Position numbers and translations under genes: made by a program. A stretch of 64,000 nt of DNA from contig JAYWIR010000037.1 in NCBI GenBank assembly GCA_036172245.1, positions 682,001-746,000 on the forward strand, read 5' to 3'. The stretch comes from Raillietiella orientalis (lineage: Eukaryota). This document shows, piece after piece, positions 38,001-51,200 of the stretch. The number at the start of each line of letters is the position of its first letter. The stretch's first letter is position 1. Below the pieces are notes generated by a model. The model saw nothing but the letters and a program-made list of their open reading frames with translations. It searched no databases and was not told the DNA's origin.

Positions 38001-41000
38001 TCTTCAGAGGCGCGCAGACTTGACTTCGAAAATGAAACGAAAGGGAATAGGTCGGTCAGTTGGTAGTGCTCACATTGGTAGTCCAAGTCGGACGTTCAGT
38101 GTGCTCTGCGCGTAGGGAGGAATCAATTTGTTTGACGGAAGAGGAGAGGTTGTTTCCAAAAAGTGAATTGCAGAAGACGGCTTCGAGGAGCGGCGCTCAA
38201 CTCCCTTCGCGACTGTTTCGCCGAATGATTGGTGTTTCTTAGTATAGTAAACGTGAGCTACGGCTGTTCTTCACGGCATATCGAACGGTTCTTTAGAGGA
38301 AAGATCGATGCGTCCCATTCCTTCTGCGGATTCTCCACAGCTTGCTTGGCGATTTTCCATTTCAGCATTTCCGGTGGCGTGCTCGGAGGCTCTGCACACA
38401 GGAGCCGATCCCCATCCGAAGATGCCAGCCTTCGCTGTTATCAGCCCCCTCGATGACGTTAGAGCCGTCACTCTCCCTACGATGCTCCCAAAGTGATTTT
38501 CGTTTCGGACTACTGGCAAAGGCGAAACTGCAGCAAAGCATGGTGGTTTCGCATAGGATGAAGACGTCGCAAATGCAGCGAGTTGGTGGACAAGTGGATA
38601 CTAAGGCTTCCACACTTTTACGCAGACGTACTTTACTTATGTATTTTGGCATTGTGTCGATCGAGGAACGACGGATTGCAAAGAATTCTTTTCACTTTCT
38701 GATGCATCCACGGATGTCGCTTTCCCTCTGTAGTTGTTCTGCTCCATGTTTCACGAATGTGATTGCTGTTTAAGAAAAGCAACTTTTCCTTTTTTTTTCT
38801 CTTTCATTACTCTCTTCTGAGTCCACCACGGCACCAACAGCTCCAGAACACCCACCTAGCAGTTAGACCTGTGGAACTGGAGGGCGTTCATACAACGTGG
38901 AAGAAAATTAAATTGGCTATGGTAAATAAAAGAAAACTCAAGCAGTTGGCACTCGTGGTGTCAAAGACGACGGTGTGGTCCTGTCGCGTTTTTCCGCGGG
39001 GCAAGCGGGCTGTAGAGACGAAAAGGTTCCCCGGGGCTGATTCATAGGGGTTTGATCAGCTTGCACGAACCAACTCATTTAAGTGTATCTTTGAAAACTC
39101 ATCTACTCAGTGTGTTTCGCTGAACTCGAAATACCTCGGCATTCTACCATCCATTTCTTTTTCGAAAAGATCGAAGACTGAATCTCGAAAAGTTTCTGTT
39201 GCTTTCAGCCATGCTCAGGAGGCTGTGTCTCAGGAGAAAGCACTCTCGCATGTCTTTGACGATTTTGCAAATCACGGTAAGAACAAAAACTGCGCTTGGG
39301 AAGTGGCACGAGTGGTAAGTAGTGTCGAGGAGGTACAGTAACGTGGTGGACGTGTCCAGGATTCTTTTCCAACATTTCGTACTCCTCGGCTTCGCATGCC
39401 ACCTTCGCTAGACCTCAGGTCAATGTCTGCATGCGATTCGATTTTGCGCGTGTCGCGCAATTTTCATCTGGTCGAAACCCTTATTCGGGAGCAAGCCTCG
39501 ACAGTAGGTGAATGCTCAGATCTATTACGGTATACTGAGTGAAGCGGAATCAGTGAAGAAAGATGCACTTTTTTTTTGAAAATGTTTCAGTTCCCGAAGA
39601 GTCCAAAAAAGAACTAATTTCCTAGTGAGCAGGAGATACCCACGTGACCAGACGGCCTAAAAATGAAGACCCATCACCGGCACTGTTTTAAGCGTATTTG
39701 TCGCGGAGGAAAATTCCTGAAAATACGAATGAAAACGTAAACACTCCCAAGTAAAAGAAGAAAGCTGTCGAAAATTGAACCAGTGACGCACCAGTGGCGA
39801 ACGAATCGAATTTTTAAAATACCGTTTTGCTTGAATTCAAAAGTACGCTGAGTTACCGAGTCACCATCAGGTGCACAGTCTGCTGTCGGTTCGAGCATCA
39901 TGTCCCTATTATTCGTAGCAACGGAGCAAACTCGACTGTATCGCGAGTTCTTTATCACAGGCCCTCAACCTCTCAAGGTTTTGTGCATCTCGGCCGGATA
40001 AGACCAAATGAGTGTATCACCACCATCAGGCCCGTTCCACATGTAACGCACGAAAGTGCCTTCGCATGAATTTCCGTCTTTTCAGGAACAGACCGAATCC
40101 GAACCACATCAAAATTCCGAAGTGGGTTCGGATGCTCTCGACAGACGATGCGCAGCAACCCGTGAACCCCGCATCGCGGGCGAAGCGGGCCCGCTGCCGT
40201 GGGTTCAACCTCCTGTGTTTGCTCGGATCGAGATCCAATTCCTTCCCTTCATGGATTTTCCAGACCGCCCATGACGCCGAAACCAGTGGGCTCCTTTCCT
40301 TTCGATTTAGGTCAATTTGAAAACGATCAAAAAGTTCAGCCGCAGACGCCGATTCATTACTTTGTTTCCAATATTCCCTTCCCGGAACGCACAACACGGA
40401 AATGGCAGGAAGCTCGGAGCACACGTCACGGGATTCTCCGGGTAACCAACGGGTGCGCATTCTCTCGGTCGTGCAGCCCATTCCTCCGCCTCCACGCGAA
40501 ACTTTCGTCGAACGGCTTTTTCTTACATACTCTTGGAAACAGCGCTTCCGGGACTAGCTCGCATCTGCACTAGCGCTCTAAGATGCCTTGAGATAATCGA
40601 GAGCATCATGGCGTTTCTAAATTGAGGACCGTGTAAGCGCGCGTAACGAGTAACAGCTTACCGCTCCATGCAGTCATACCTTATGCATACGCATCTTACA
40701 CTCGTCTTACGCGAGCGCACGTTCTTTCCATTTACGCTGCTTGCATCTTTTCACGCCCATTCTCGCGATTCCCGCGAGCAGGGCCGTCTTCAGGAGGCGC
40801 CGCAATCAGGGCTGACGAACGTCCGAGGGTAGCACACTTCGGGAGGATGGCAGAGATGCTAGGCAACGTTCTCGGTTGAGAGGAGGTATGCTTTCGCGCG
40901 CGTCCCTGTCCACCGCGCACCTTCCGCTTCCTCTCCTAAGAGGGGGCCAACAAACACCTCTCCTCCCTCGCAGGACCCATTAGTGCGGACTTGAGCAGCA

Positions 41001-41928
41001 CCTTCTGCGACCCCCCGGCGATGCGTGGCGAGTCCGATGCTGACGAGTTCGCGACCGAGTTCGACAGACCTCGGGCGTGTTTTTGATAGGATCCACCGGC
41101 ACTCTGGCGCATATGGCGATATTATTAATGTGACTGCGAGCAGGCACTTTCGAAAAGAGGAAGGAGCAAGGGAGAGCGCGCGCAGGTGCGAGGAGTGCGC
41201 AGGAGACAAGGGTGGTACGCGCACCACCAGCGCTTGCAGGCTTCCGGCAACTTTTATGGCAAACCCGAAACGGGGAAAGGCTCCACGCAGCATGCGCGGT
41301 TGACCTTTCCTGCTTTTCGCTCTGTATTTCCGGTTGCTTTCGTCACGAACAGTCACGAACGCATACAGAAAAATAATGTGAATTCGAAATGACGCTGCCT
41401 CCCAATCGTTGTAAGCATTTCACAGTATATGTACAGCACACTGGTTGGGCAGTAGCGTATCACGAGCATCCCAAAATGCTCTGGAAGAATTCGCAAAGGA
41501 AAGACCACGTCCCGAGGGGCCATCAAGGACCAAATTTGCACTCGATCGGACTGGCGCTGATTTGCGTGCCGCGAGTCCCCCTTTTCCCTCAAAAACTTCT
41601 TGCAGTTTGTTTGACTTTGCCAAGTTCGCTTTATCTGTGACTGGGTGTCCACACTTTCATCAGCAGATAATAAAGGATCTCCTCTTATCTTCGGAGTAAA
41701 GGCCACAAGGTAAGAACTGAAGTGTTTCCTCGCTAGGAAACCAACCAAAACCCAGGGCCAACACTCAATCAGCCACGCTTCCACGGATACCTGTACGTAA
41801 TAGGGCGTAGTGCAGCCTGGGGAGGGCTTGAGCCAGCGGTCGCTCGCGTCCGACCTCGTCAAACCGCGCGCTTGCACCAAGACGGCACACGCGCGGGGCT
41901 TCGAGGGTCTCTCGCGAGTAGTGACCTT

Positions 41929-41951
41929 GGGGGGGGGGAGGGGGGGGGAGG
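41929..41951 (+). repeat. Poly-G tract (G10-A-G9-A-G2)
   Basis: Direct reading; about 270 nt past the PLC stop codon (poly-C on the PLC sense strand). Confidence 0.8.
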
Positions 41952-42216
41952 CTGTTTCCGCCCACGCCCGTGTGGCTATCTCAGATGGAGCTCCCGCTAC
42001 CCAGCTCACACAGGCATGCGTAGTCGAGTTGCCGCTCGTAAAAAGACGCAACCGTCAGAGTTCCGTAACCATGGAGATGCGGTGCCTTATTACATCTGAG
42101 TTTCACCTTATCTACCTAACAATGCAGATTTATCAACGTCTGTGTATAATTTAGGGGGAATACAGCGACATATGGGCAATAAATAGGAATTGTATAAATG
42201 TCTGGCTGAAGCCGGT

Positions 42217-45200
42217 TCATAAAGCTGTGGATGCTCCTTCCAGGTCGTCCAGCATCTCGATAGGGAGAGGTCTGTTCGTGAGCTTGTGATGCCAGTAATG
42301 CTCTTGCTGCAACGACAATCATCAAGAGTTAAGCAGGCATTCGTTTCTGCTGGAGGCATACTCGAACTCTTTCTTCTTCAAGCCACCGGCGTCCTTCCGC
42401 GTGTTCCTGCTCAATGACTTGACGCCTGCGGCACAAACACGTTTTCAATTTTTCTATTTCTTCTAAACCTTTCTGTATGATGGCCCCGTTGATTTCTCTT
42501 TTGACCCTACGGAGACACACGATTGCGGGATCCCGGAAGAAGGAAGAAAGAAGGAAGAAGAGGAAAGGGCAAGGGGGAGTGGAGCTTGTGTGTGCCAGAA
42601 AGGGCGAGAGAACACTCACCTGTCGAGTTCATCCTTGTCTTTATGCTTTTGGGAAAGCGCTTTGATCTCTCTCAGGTTCTGCTGAGCCATTCTTCGCTTA
42701 ACCTGGCTGATCTGCCTCTCATGCAAGAGATTCAGCGCATCGAGTTGGGTTTTCTGGGAGGCGGTCACTAACTTATCAATCAAGGTGAAGATCTGGTCAA
42801 CACACACACGTCGTACAATGAAGCAAACTAAAGGCGTGAAAAAAGAACGGGCAAAGAGGAAGAAAAAAAAATCACCGAAATCAAATGTCGGTTTAACAAC
42901 TCGATTTCGGTGGCCAGCTGGCCACGGTCCAAGTTCAGCAGGTGCTCCGAATGCTTCTTCTCCAAGTCGCTCAGGATGCTCGATCCTTCCTGCTGGGAGC
43001 TAAGCCATCACACGTGAAACCTAGGAAAAATAACAGTCAAAATACCTCTTCCGAGACAATTTTTTGACTAGCTTTTGTTGCTCCTTTTGCTGCTCCAGAA
43101 GAACACGCCGTTTTTCCTATAATTTCCGGGGAACGCTCACTGCCAGATTCCAGGGAAAACCTACCTTACTGAACCTTTTACGCACGGCATCCAGCTTTTT
43201 CTCGAACTCTCCACGTCTTTCTTTGACTACTTTGTGTTCGAGGAACTGACTGACGGGCTCCGTCGTGATCAACTGACTGGCAGCTTCTGTGAAAGGAAGA
43301 ATGGTAGCCAACGTCAGCGACACACGAGGTGAACCCGGTGCCTGGAGACATACCAAAGTCGGCGACGATGTTGTCTTCGAAAATGCTCGCCTGTTTCTGA
43401 GATCCTTTACGTGAGTTCTAGAGTTTACCCATGTGTTACGTTTCCCAGGTACGAAGCCAATCCAAGACACGCTACCTTGCCGGTGACAGCCGAGGTTTCA
43501 GAAACACGCTCCGGACATTCTGCAACTTTCTGCGACTCTATTCTACTGCACCGTCGCTCCCCGAGCTTTGGCTGCGGCAGCAGGGTCGCGACCTTGTTGT
43601 CCGGAACCGGCGGGTTGCCGTCCAAGCTCGCAGCGGCGGTCCTGGGGGCAGTGGCGCCGCAGACCAGCCCGTCTCCGAAGCTGTCCTGGAATGTTACCGG
43701 CGTTCACTTCGTCGAGCGCATGCTGGCACCGACTTCTTCGTCTGTAAGAACGCTCAGCTGCTGCGCTCTCTTTTCCAGCTCCTGGAACTTTATGGGGTTC
43801 GCTAAGGCTTCGGCGAAGTCGCAGAGCCCGTCGGGCACGTAGTCCTTCACTTGGATGTGCACGAACAAGGTGGGCAGCGTGAGAGACTGGTTGGAGTCGT
43901 TGCGCAGAGAGATGTGCCGGTAGCCGGGACGCAGTCCTGTGACCGGCAGAATCCTGTGGCAGAGCAGGCGACCCGATTCCTCGCACACTATGATGCGGAT
44001 CGAGGCGAGGTCGGGAAGCACCACCTATTCCGGAGGTCAGCCCCGTCCCGCCCTCCCGAGCAAACGGAACCGAAAGGCAGGCTCACTTTCTTGAAGACGA
44101 ACGGATCTTCGTCGTACATGGGGTTGATCCCGTTGTTGGAGACGACGCGGGTCCGGAATTTTTTGCGTACGGTGTCCGCGGGCAGGCCATACATCTCGAC
44201 CTCCACGAAGGTGCCGATCCGCTTCTCCGTCAGGAATTGCCCGGAAATGATCTTACAAAGAAGCGAGTCAAGGGGAGCGCGTTCCAACGCCACCCGTCGC
44301 CCACCTTGATGGAGACGGTGCCTGCAATGATGCCATCTACCGTGCTCTCCGCGAAGGGATCGAAGCGCCTATCGGGGCGCCTCATAAAGTCGGGTTTCAG
44401 CAAGTAGCCCGAGCGGTTGTTGAATTCGAATATGCCCAGGTTCAGCTGCATGGACAGATCTGGTCCGAAGAAGACAGGTCAGGCTTCAGGGAACACTCTG
44501 CGCGAACGTGGTAAGTCACCTAGCGTCTGGAAATTGAGAGCCACGAGCTGGCAGCCCGCGTTCCAGTATATCTGCGGCATGAAGTTGGACGAGTCGACCC
44601 GAGTGCCTTTCGGGTATATTCTGCTGAGCTGACGCTTGTTGTAGTTGACGAACTCCACGGGATGCTCCTTCAGCAAGTTCGTGGCCTGGGTCTCCACGAA
44701 AGAAGACATTTCGTAGGAACGGTTGCGCTCTGGAATCTCCCGCAGTGCAGGAAAGGTGGGTGAGACAACGAAGCTGGCATACTTTCGGCAACCTCGAACG
44801 AATAAAAGTGCACCGGCTGGACGTAGTTGACTAATGCCGAAATTTCTGCTCCAGCTTCCGACTCTTTGTTTTCCGTGCCCTGAGGCAAACAATCAGAACA
44901 CGCAATCGCTTGCTACAAGACAGACCGACCTTGATTTTCTTATCCTTTTCCCTTTCTTCAGTGGTGAATTCTTCATCCGCTTCCTCCTCGTCTGAGGCGG
45001 ATATGGAATTTTCGTAGAACTCATCCAGAAAATCTCCGTTGGTCATGGTCTCGAAGTAATCCGTGCTGTCCTGACTAGCGTCTTTGTCTCTCAGCTGCCT
45101 GGCACGAAATCCATCATTGTCAACGCAACCACAAGAGCGCCATCCTCTCTCACTTTATCAACTCGGAACCGGTGACCTGATCGAGACTGGATGCCCGCAA

Positions 45201-48200
45201 CTTGTCCTGGCTTTTGATGTTTCTGTGGTGCTTCTTTTTGTTCTTGATGATGATTTTCCTCAGCAGATGGTTGGGGGAAGGTAGGGGACCTCCTGGTTCG
45301 AGCTGAACCAGAGAGTTCCTTTGAGGATCCTTCCGTACTCACTTGGAAATCAGGCAGGCACTTATCCAGAAGCATCTCCCCAAAGTACTCTCGACAGTAC
45401 TGAGCAATTTTGGCTTGCTGCTTCTGGTTACAGTGATTTTCGAAAGACAGAATGACGGGATAATCGGAAGTTTTGAAAGCCGACTCGGCGATCGCTTCTA
45501 TCACGTCCTGACACGAGAAAGTGTATTCAGACGAGGAACAACAAGCAACTCCTGCCACCACCAAAGTTACAACATGCTGGACAAACGGTCACAGGATGCA
45601 AACCTTCGCCAGGATTTCCGGAACCAAAGTGTACCCGTGAAAGATCACGGGCTCCTCCGCTCTTCCGTTCCAAAAATCCAGCTCTACACAACGGCAGCCC
45701 GACAGCAAACACTGCCTGTACATCTCGACCGATGACTTGCCGGTAAGCTGATGGCCTAGAGATGGGAAAACGACACACGGTGGTCAAGCCAGTGCGTCTC
45801 AAAATTTTTTTCAAGTGGGTGAGAACGATCAGGTTCACATCGCTGAACAGTAATCCCTAATGCCTTTGAGCATCATGCTCATGGTTCGCTTTCATCGAAA
45901 AGTTTGTTAAAAACTGCAAAACGAAAACCAAACGGTTGCATTGCTCATTTTTGTTACGCTCAATCAATCTGTACTGCCTTTTGTATTCGCTAAAAACCAC
46001 TCAGTCCTTATCCAGTAATGAGCATCGAACAGGGATGACGCAGGGCGGTTCCCAACTACATTCCACGCAAGCTTGTAGTTAAGATCAGAGCGCCAAGGAG
46101 ACTGTCTTCCTTCCTTGCCTTCTTTCTTTACCGTTCTTTTTTTTTTAAAAAAAAAAAAAAGAAAAAAAAGAACGAAAGAAAAAAGTCCACGTGGGCTAGA
46201 AATCTGTTTTTTTCTTTCGCATCTTTCGTTTTTTCCTGCCTGCCTACCCGGCAAGTAGGAAAAACTTGCGTTTCGCCCCACTTCAGGGCGATGGATAATT
46301 TACATTCCGGAGAAAAACTTTTTATCAACAAAGCGTGCAGCTGACATGTGGATTGAATCAAGGATGATCTCCGGAGCGTGTGGATTCTTTCCCTTTTTGC
46401 TTCCAGCCCGGGAGCAGCGCGTGCTGCCATTCGCGCCTTCGGAGTATGCTGACACGGTGTGGCGTTTGGCTGCTACAGTCGGCTTTTGCTTGCTTACCCA
46501 CTGCTCAACGTGTGCCATGAGCCAATAAAACAACCGAGCCGAACGGCGGATCCCTCGCAGCCCCAAATGGTACACGCTTTCGTGTCCGTACGTACGTTAT
46601 ACATGTAAAAGAGCGGGCGGCGGCGCATCGTTGTCGAACAGACGGAGTTCGGTGTACCGTGCAGGCCACCCTTATGGATCACCCTATGCTTGTTCCGCAA
46701 TAAAATGCAATATAACTTCATCATGACATCAACATGATTCGCCCACAGCCTCCCGACAAGCAAGAGATGATCAGAGAGGGTAAGTTGGTTGAAATTTCGG
46801 CTAACTTTGAAAGATATGACATTTTCGTGAATTGAAAAGAGGTGTGGTGGGAGGGCCGTGGCAACGAAGTCTCCTTGTCAATCTTGGTGGCGAGAAGGAA
46901 AAAGTCCACGAAGTGCAAGTGGACTTATGGAAATTTGCGTATCCTGATTACTTATTGGGTGCCAGGATTGAGTTGATTATGATGAATCGATGCACGGAGA
47001 TTAGGATACCATAGGAATCATGGTAATCAGCAGATTTCAAGAACCTCCTTATAACGCAATCTTCAAATCAGAAATGATGCGACACGCATAAGGGCAAGCC
47101 CCACATTCAATTTGCCGTAGGGATTCCACAGCAAGAAAGCAACCCTTAATCGAACACACCCACATTTGGGCAGAGCCTCGAATGGAACTGCGCTGCAATG
47201 CGTGCAAGTTTTCGAGGATCACGAGCCTGAACACATCCTTCGTTTCCAAGTTCGATCTCCTGGAAAGCGTACAAACCACGGACGGTTTTTCTCGGTTTGC
47301 TTGCAGGAATTACAAGCGTTCGGCAGCTTCGACGTGCTTCGGAACATTCGGCACAGCATAACACTCCCGCATCGGAGGCTTTCAAGGCAGTAAATCAAGA
47401 TGCAATCACCATGAGAACTCTTCTGCCTGACATCAACGCGAGCCGCTCCCTGCACATCCACCACAACTGCATACGATAAGTAAGTTTCTCCCTCGACTGT
47501 GATCATTTTTCGAAGATCTGAACGGCTGTACCGATACAAACGTGCTACTCGTACAACTGCTACAATCCACTCCAAAGACACCCTGCTGGAGCGAGCGGCG
47601 GTCCGGAAAAAGGGAAAGAAAATTTCGCAGCATCGGTAGAATCCACGTGGAAGCGCATTCCGTTCCGAACAAGCACAGGGGAATCGCTCTGCGACCACGC
47701 TCGGTGCAGCGCTGCAAAGATACGGGGAGAACACACCTGTTAAATAGGAATTGTGCGACGAATTGATGAAGTAATGAGGCAACGGTTGGTCCATGTCATC
47801 ACTGAGATCCAGCTTGTCAGTGGGAATGATGGCGTTATCGTCGCTCATTAAGTACGCAAGGAATCCTTCTTCGCTTAGATGGCCTGAACAGAAGAGAAGA
47901 AAAAAATCAGTCATTCATAAGCATATTCTCACGACGAGTCTCCCGGAGTAACTATTACCAATACTCTCGAATTAATGAATGAATTAAAGCAGACTTGGAG
48001 GTGGGGAACTGTTATCATTGGTCGCAAGGCTGATTGTGAACTGCAATCTCTAGCGAGCATACCTCTGACGGGCCCCAGCATATACTTCCTATTAGCTCAC
48101 GATGCAGAAAGTTGGGAGCACTTGGAGAAACTTTTAAAACTTCTACCAAGGGTCGACCAACGGAAAAAATGGACAAGGGCGATTATGAATCTTAGGCAAT

Positions 48201-51200
48201 CTTTGTTTACACCACACTTCATTAATGGCGTTTACTCAACCTTGCACTGGCGGACTCCTGTATGAGTTCAAGACTTTCTCATGGATCCTAATTCTTCTTT
48301 CTTCATTCAAAGGAGAGACCACGAAAGAACGGTACAAAGAAGATCCACAGGAGATCATTGAAATCAATCAAACGACAACAAATGGTGCAACTCAAACGAT
48401 TTGCGAGAAACGAAAGGAAGGATGATCAGCGAAAGAGATTGCTTTGTATTCCATAAGTGAGGGCAGCTATTTCCGCTTCCACTGCTGCTGCTGCTGCAAT
48501 GAAACGAATCGCCACAAGAACAAGTGGTACTGAAATGATGTGCCTATGGACACGGCGACGGAATTCCATTTCGACAGCCACCGCTTCGTTACGGGGCGCT
48601 CATACAAGAACGTGAAGCAGTTTCGCTGAGCTCAAGAAGAAAGAAAGCGGAGCTACTGTCCGAACCTGAGGTGCCCGTGGCATCGAAAGTCTCCACCTTT
48701 CCCAAAACTCAATCCGTGCTGACCACTTATTCGGTCAAGTTGGTCGTTTTCGCAAAAACGATAAGGATTTCGATTTTCCAGCAGGCCGAAGTCAATCGAT
48801 ACTCGATTGATGTTTCCGATACTGATTAGCTCGAAACACTTAGGTTTGGGGCTTCGCTTACACCACGCAAAGCTCCAAACGTTCTGAAGTGGGTCACGAA
48901 ATCCCACAAATCTCTAATCAGGAGTTCCGTGTTGGGTCCAACTGCTCTAGTCTTTACGTCAGTTTGTTTCCTGCTGACACTTTGTGTAATCAAAATATAC
49001 TTATACGATCGAGAGCGCTGAAAGTTATCTGTGCTGAGAGTAATGTCCTGCCTGCCACAGAGAACGTAAAGCACGAGCACAAAAGAAGAGAGAAGTTTTC
49101 CTGGACATTTCAGCGCCTTGGTTTGCTCCGAGAGCTGGACTTGAGCAGAGAACGGACGTGGCCATTTGAATTCATAGTGAAGACCCATTACTACCAGCAG
49201 CTTTCGAAATACGTCAATGGAACCCATCGACATAAGTACCCCAGCCTTACACCTGAGATCTGAGCGTGTGTTGCAGGTAAAAACGGAAAGAAAACTGCAG
49301 GTCGCCAAACGCGCTTCGCTCAAGGCCGAACCCAGCGTTCAGTTGCTGAAGGAGATTTTCAGTAGCAGACCACGGACAAAGTGTCAAGAAGATTGCGACT
49401 GCTGGCATGCGAATGCGTAAACAGAACTTCACACCCACTGTGATACACACAATCCCTAAAGGAACGACGTTTATGACGACTGCTGTTTTTAAACCTGGAA
49501 TATTTTTTTTCACGTGTGATATCGAATGCTGCCACGAGAGGGTTTAAGACTGCTCAGCCACGTACCTAGCTTTTGGTACACTTTTCAACAGATGATGAAC
49601 TCGATCCAATTTCATCACAAAGTGATGTACAACATTTACACTGACCTCATAAATGGATACAGTGAAGGTAAAGAACTGGTCACAAAGACCTTGATCAAAC
49701 TATTTGCAGTCTACATTCATTTCATTTCGGCCATATTTCGAGTCTTGACCGATTCATCAACGGGTACATAATGAGACATCCATAACGGCTAAGAACTGAT
49801 TTGTCAGCTGAAAACCTGACGGCCCAAATCAATGGTGAGAAATTGTCCAGGTCAAAATCCTGTACATTCAATCACAGTTAGCGGTTTGTGATGACTGTTT
49901 GGTGCGTCTGATAATTTCAATAAACTCAAACAAGCAGAACCAAAATTCATTGAAAAATGGAAACGAAAAGAAGGAAAGGAGAACTAAACATAGAAATGGC
50001 TATCCATTACATCTCAGCAAACCACGCTTACATTTCCTGAGCTGTAACCTCTGATTCCAGAGTACCCGTTTTTATGTCCTTTTGAACACCGTTTCACTGT
50101 GATTCTCGGATCCAAGAGCTTGCATACCGAGTTTGCGCCATCGTTCCCGTATAGAGCAGCTGAATGGCAACACTGCCAAAGAAACACATTTCCTGCCCAC
50201 AATGTGCTAATCCACAGTATTCAAGAAGCCAAACATCCTTGTTTGCTTACCGCTTTCTGTTGCTTCGCTACCTCCATTCGCCATGACTCGGCTCTCAGAA
50301 CGCGAAAAGAGACGGCCAGTTCCGTAAACTGGAACGATTCACTTCAAGTAACCCAACGTGAGCATCCTACGTTATAGCTTGGTAACACTCCTGCCTTTTG
50401 AGAGGGAAAAAGAGGTTTCAAGTGATCATCAGAGCCAGCTACACCGGCGAGAATCCTGCTGGTCATCCAAGAACACGAATCGACTGCATGCCTAATCCTC
50501 TGTTTTTGAGGTAAGAAAAAAAATAATCCCGCGACCGGAACCCCAGAACCGGAAAGGTCAAAGGTCAAACTTATTACACGTCAAGGGTATAAGAAGACTG
50601 CCTGAAGTTCTCGGAACTACACTTTCCAAATCTCGTGCTCAACCATCTCGCATGCCTCAGTCCATGAGTGCCACTTTCGTTCTATTACAAGCTAGTCTTT
50701 TGCATTCGTCGGTTCCATCACTTCACTACTCATCTTACGATGTCTTCCTGCAAGCATACCAGATAAACGGCACTTGTTCGATCCAATCGGCCTATTGGTG
50801 ATATGAACCTCTCTCTTTCTTCGTTATCCCTTGTTTGGACCAAGATCATCCTTTCTATCTCCCAGGCTCATACAATTAGATAAAAAATAGACGCATAGTT
50901 AGCCCCTCCGCAGTCCTTGGCTCGTGTTTACACCGAGTAGAATTCAGAGAAAAAGTGCGTTTAATAAGAGCGAGGTTTCGAGAAATTTCCATCCAAGTCG
51001 TTTCATCCGGCGGTCTGCTGCTTCGCTGTGAAAAATTCGCAGGATGCCGCAACGGCTTCCCAGCTTCGGGCAAGGCTCAGCGGTGTCGGATTGGATACAG
51101 ACAACCTGCTTGGGCCAGCGCATGCATCTGCCTGTGCGCATCCATGTGCACACGTTAAGTAGGTGCTTATGCATTTATGAATCTATGTATCTGTGCGAAT

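Noticed and set aside
35879..42154. Many overlapping 60-230 aa ORFs on both strands
   Set aside because: No recognisable domains or coherent exon chain; expected in DNA of about 50% GC, and many start at non-ATG codons.
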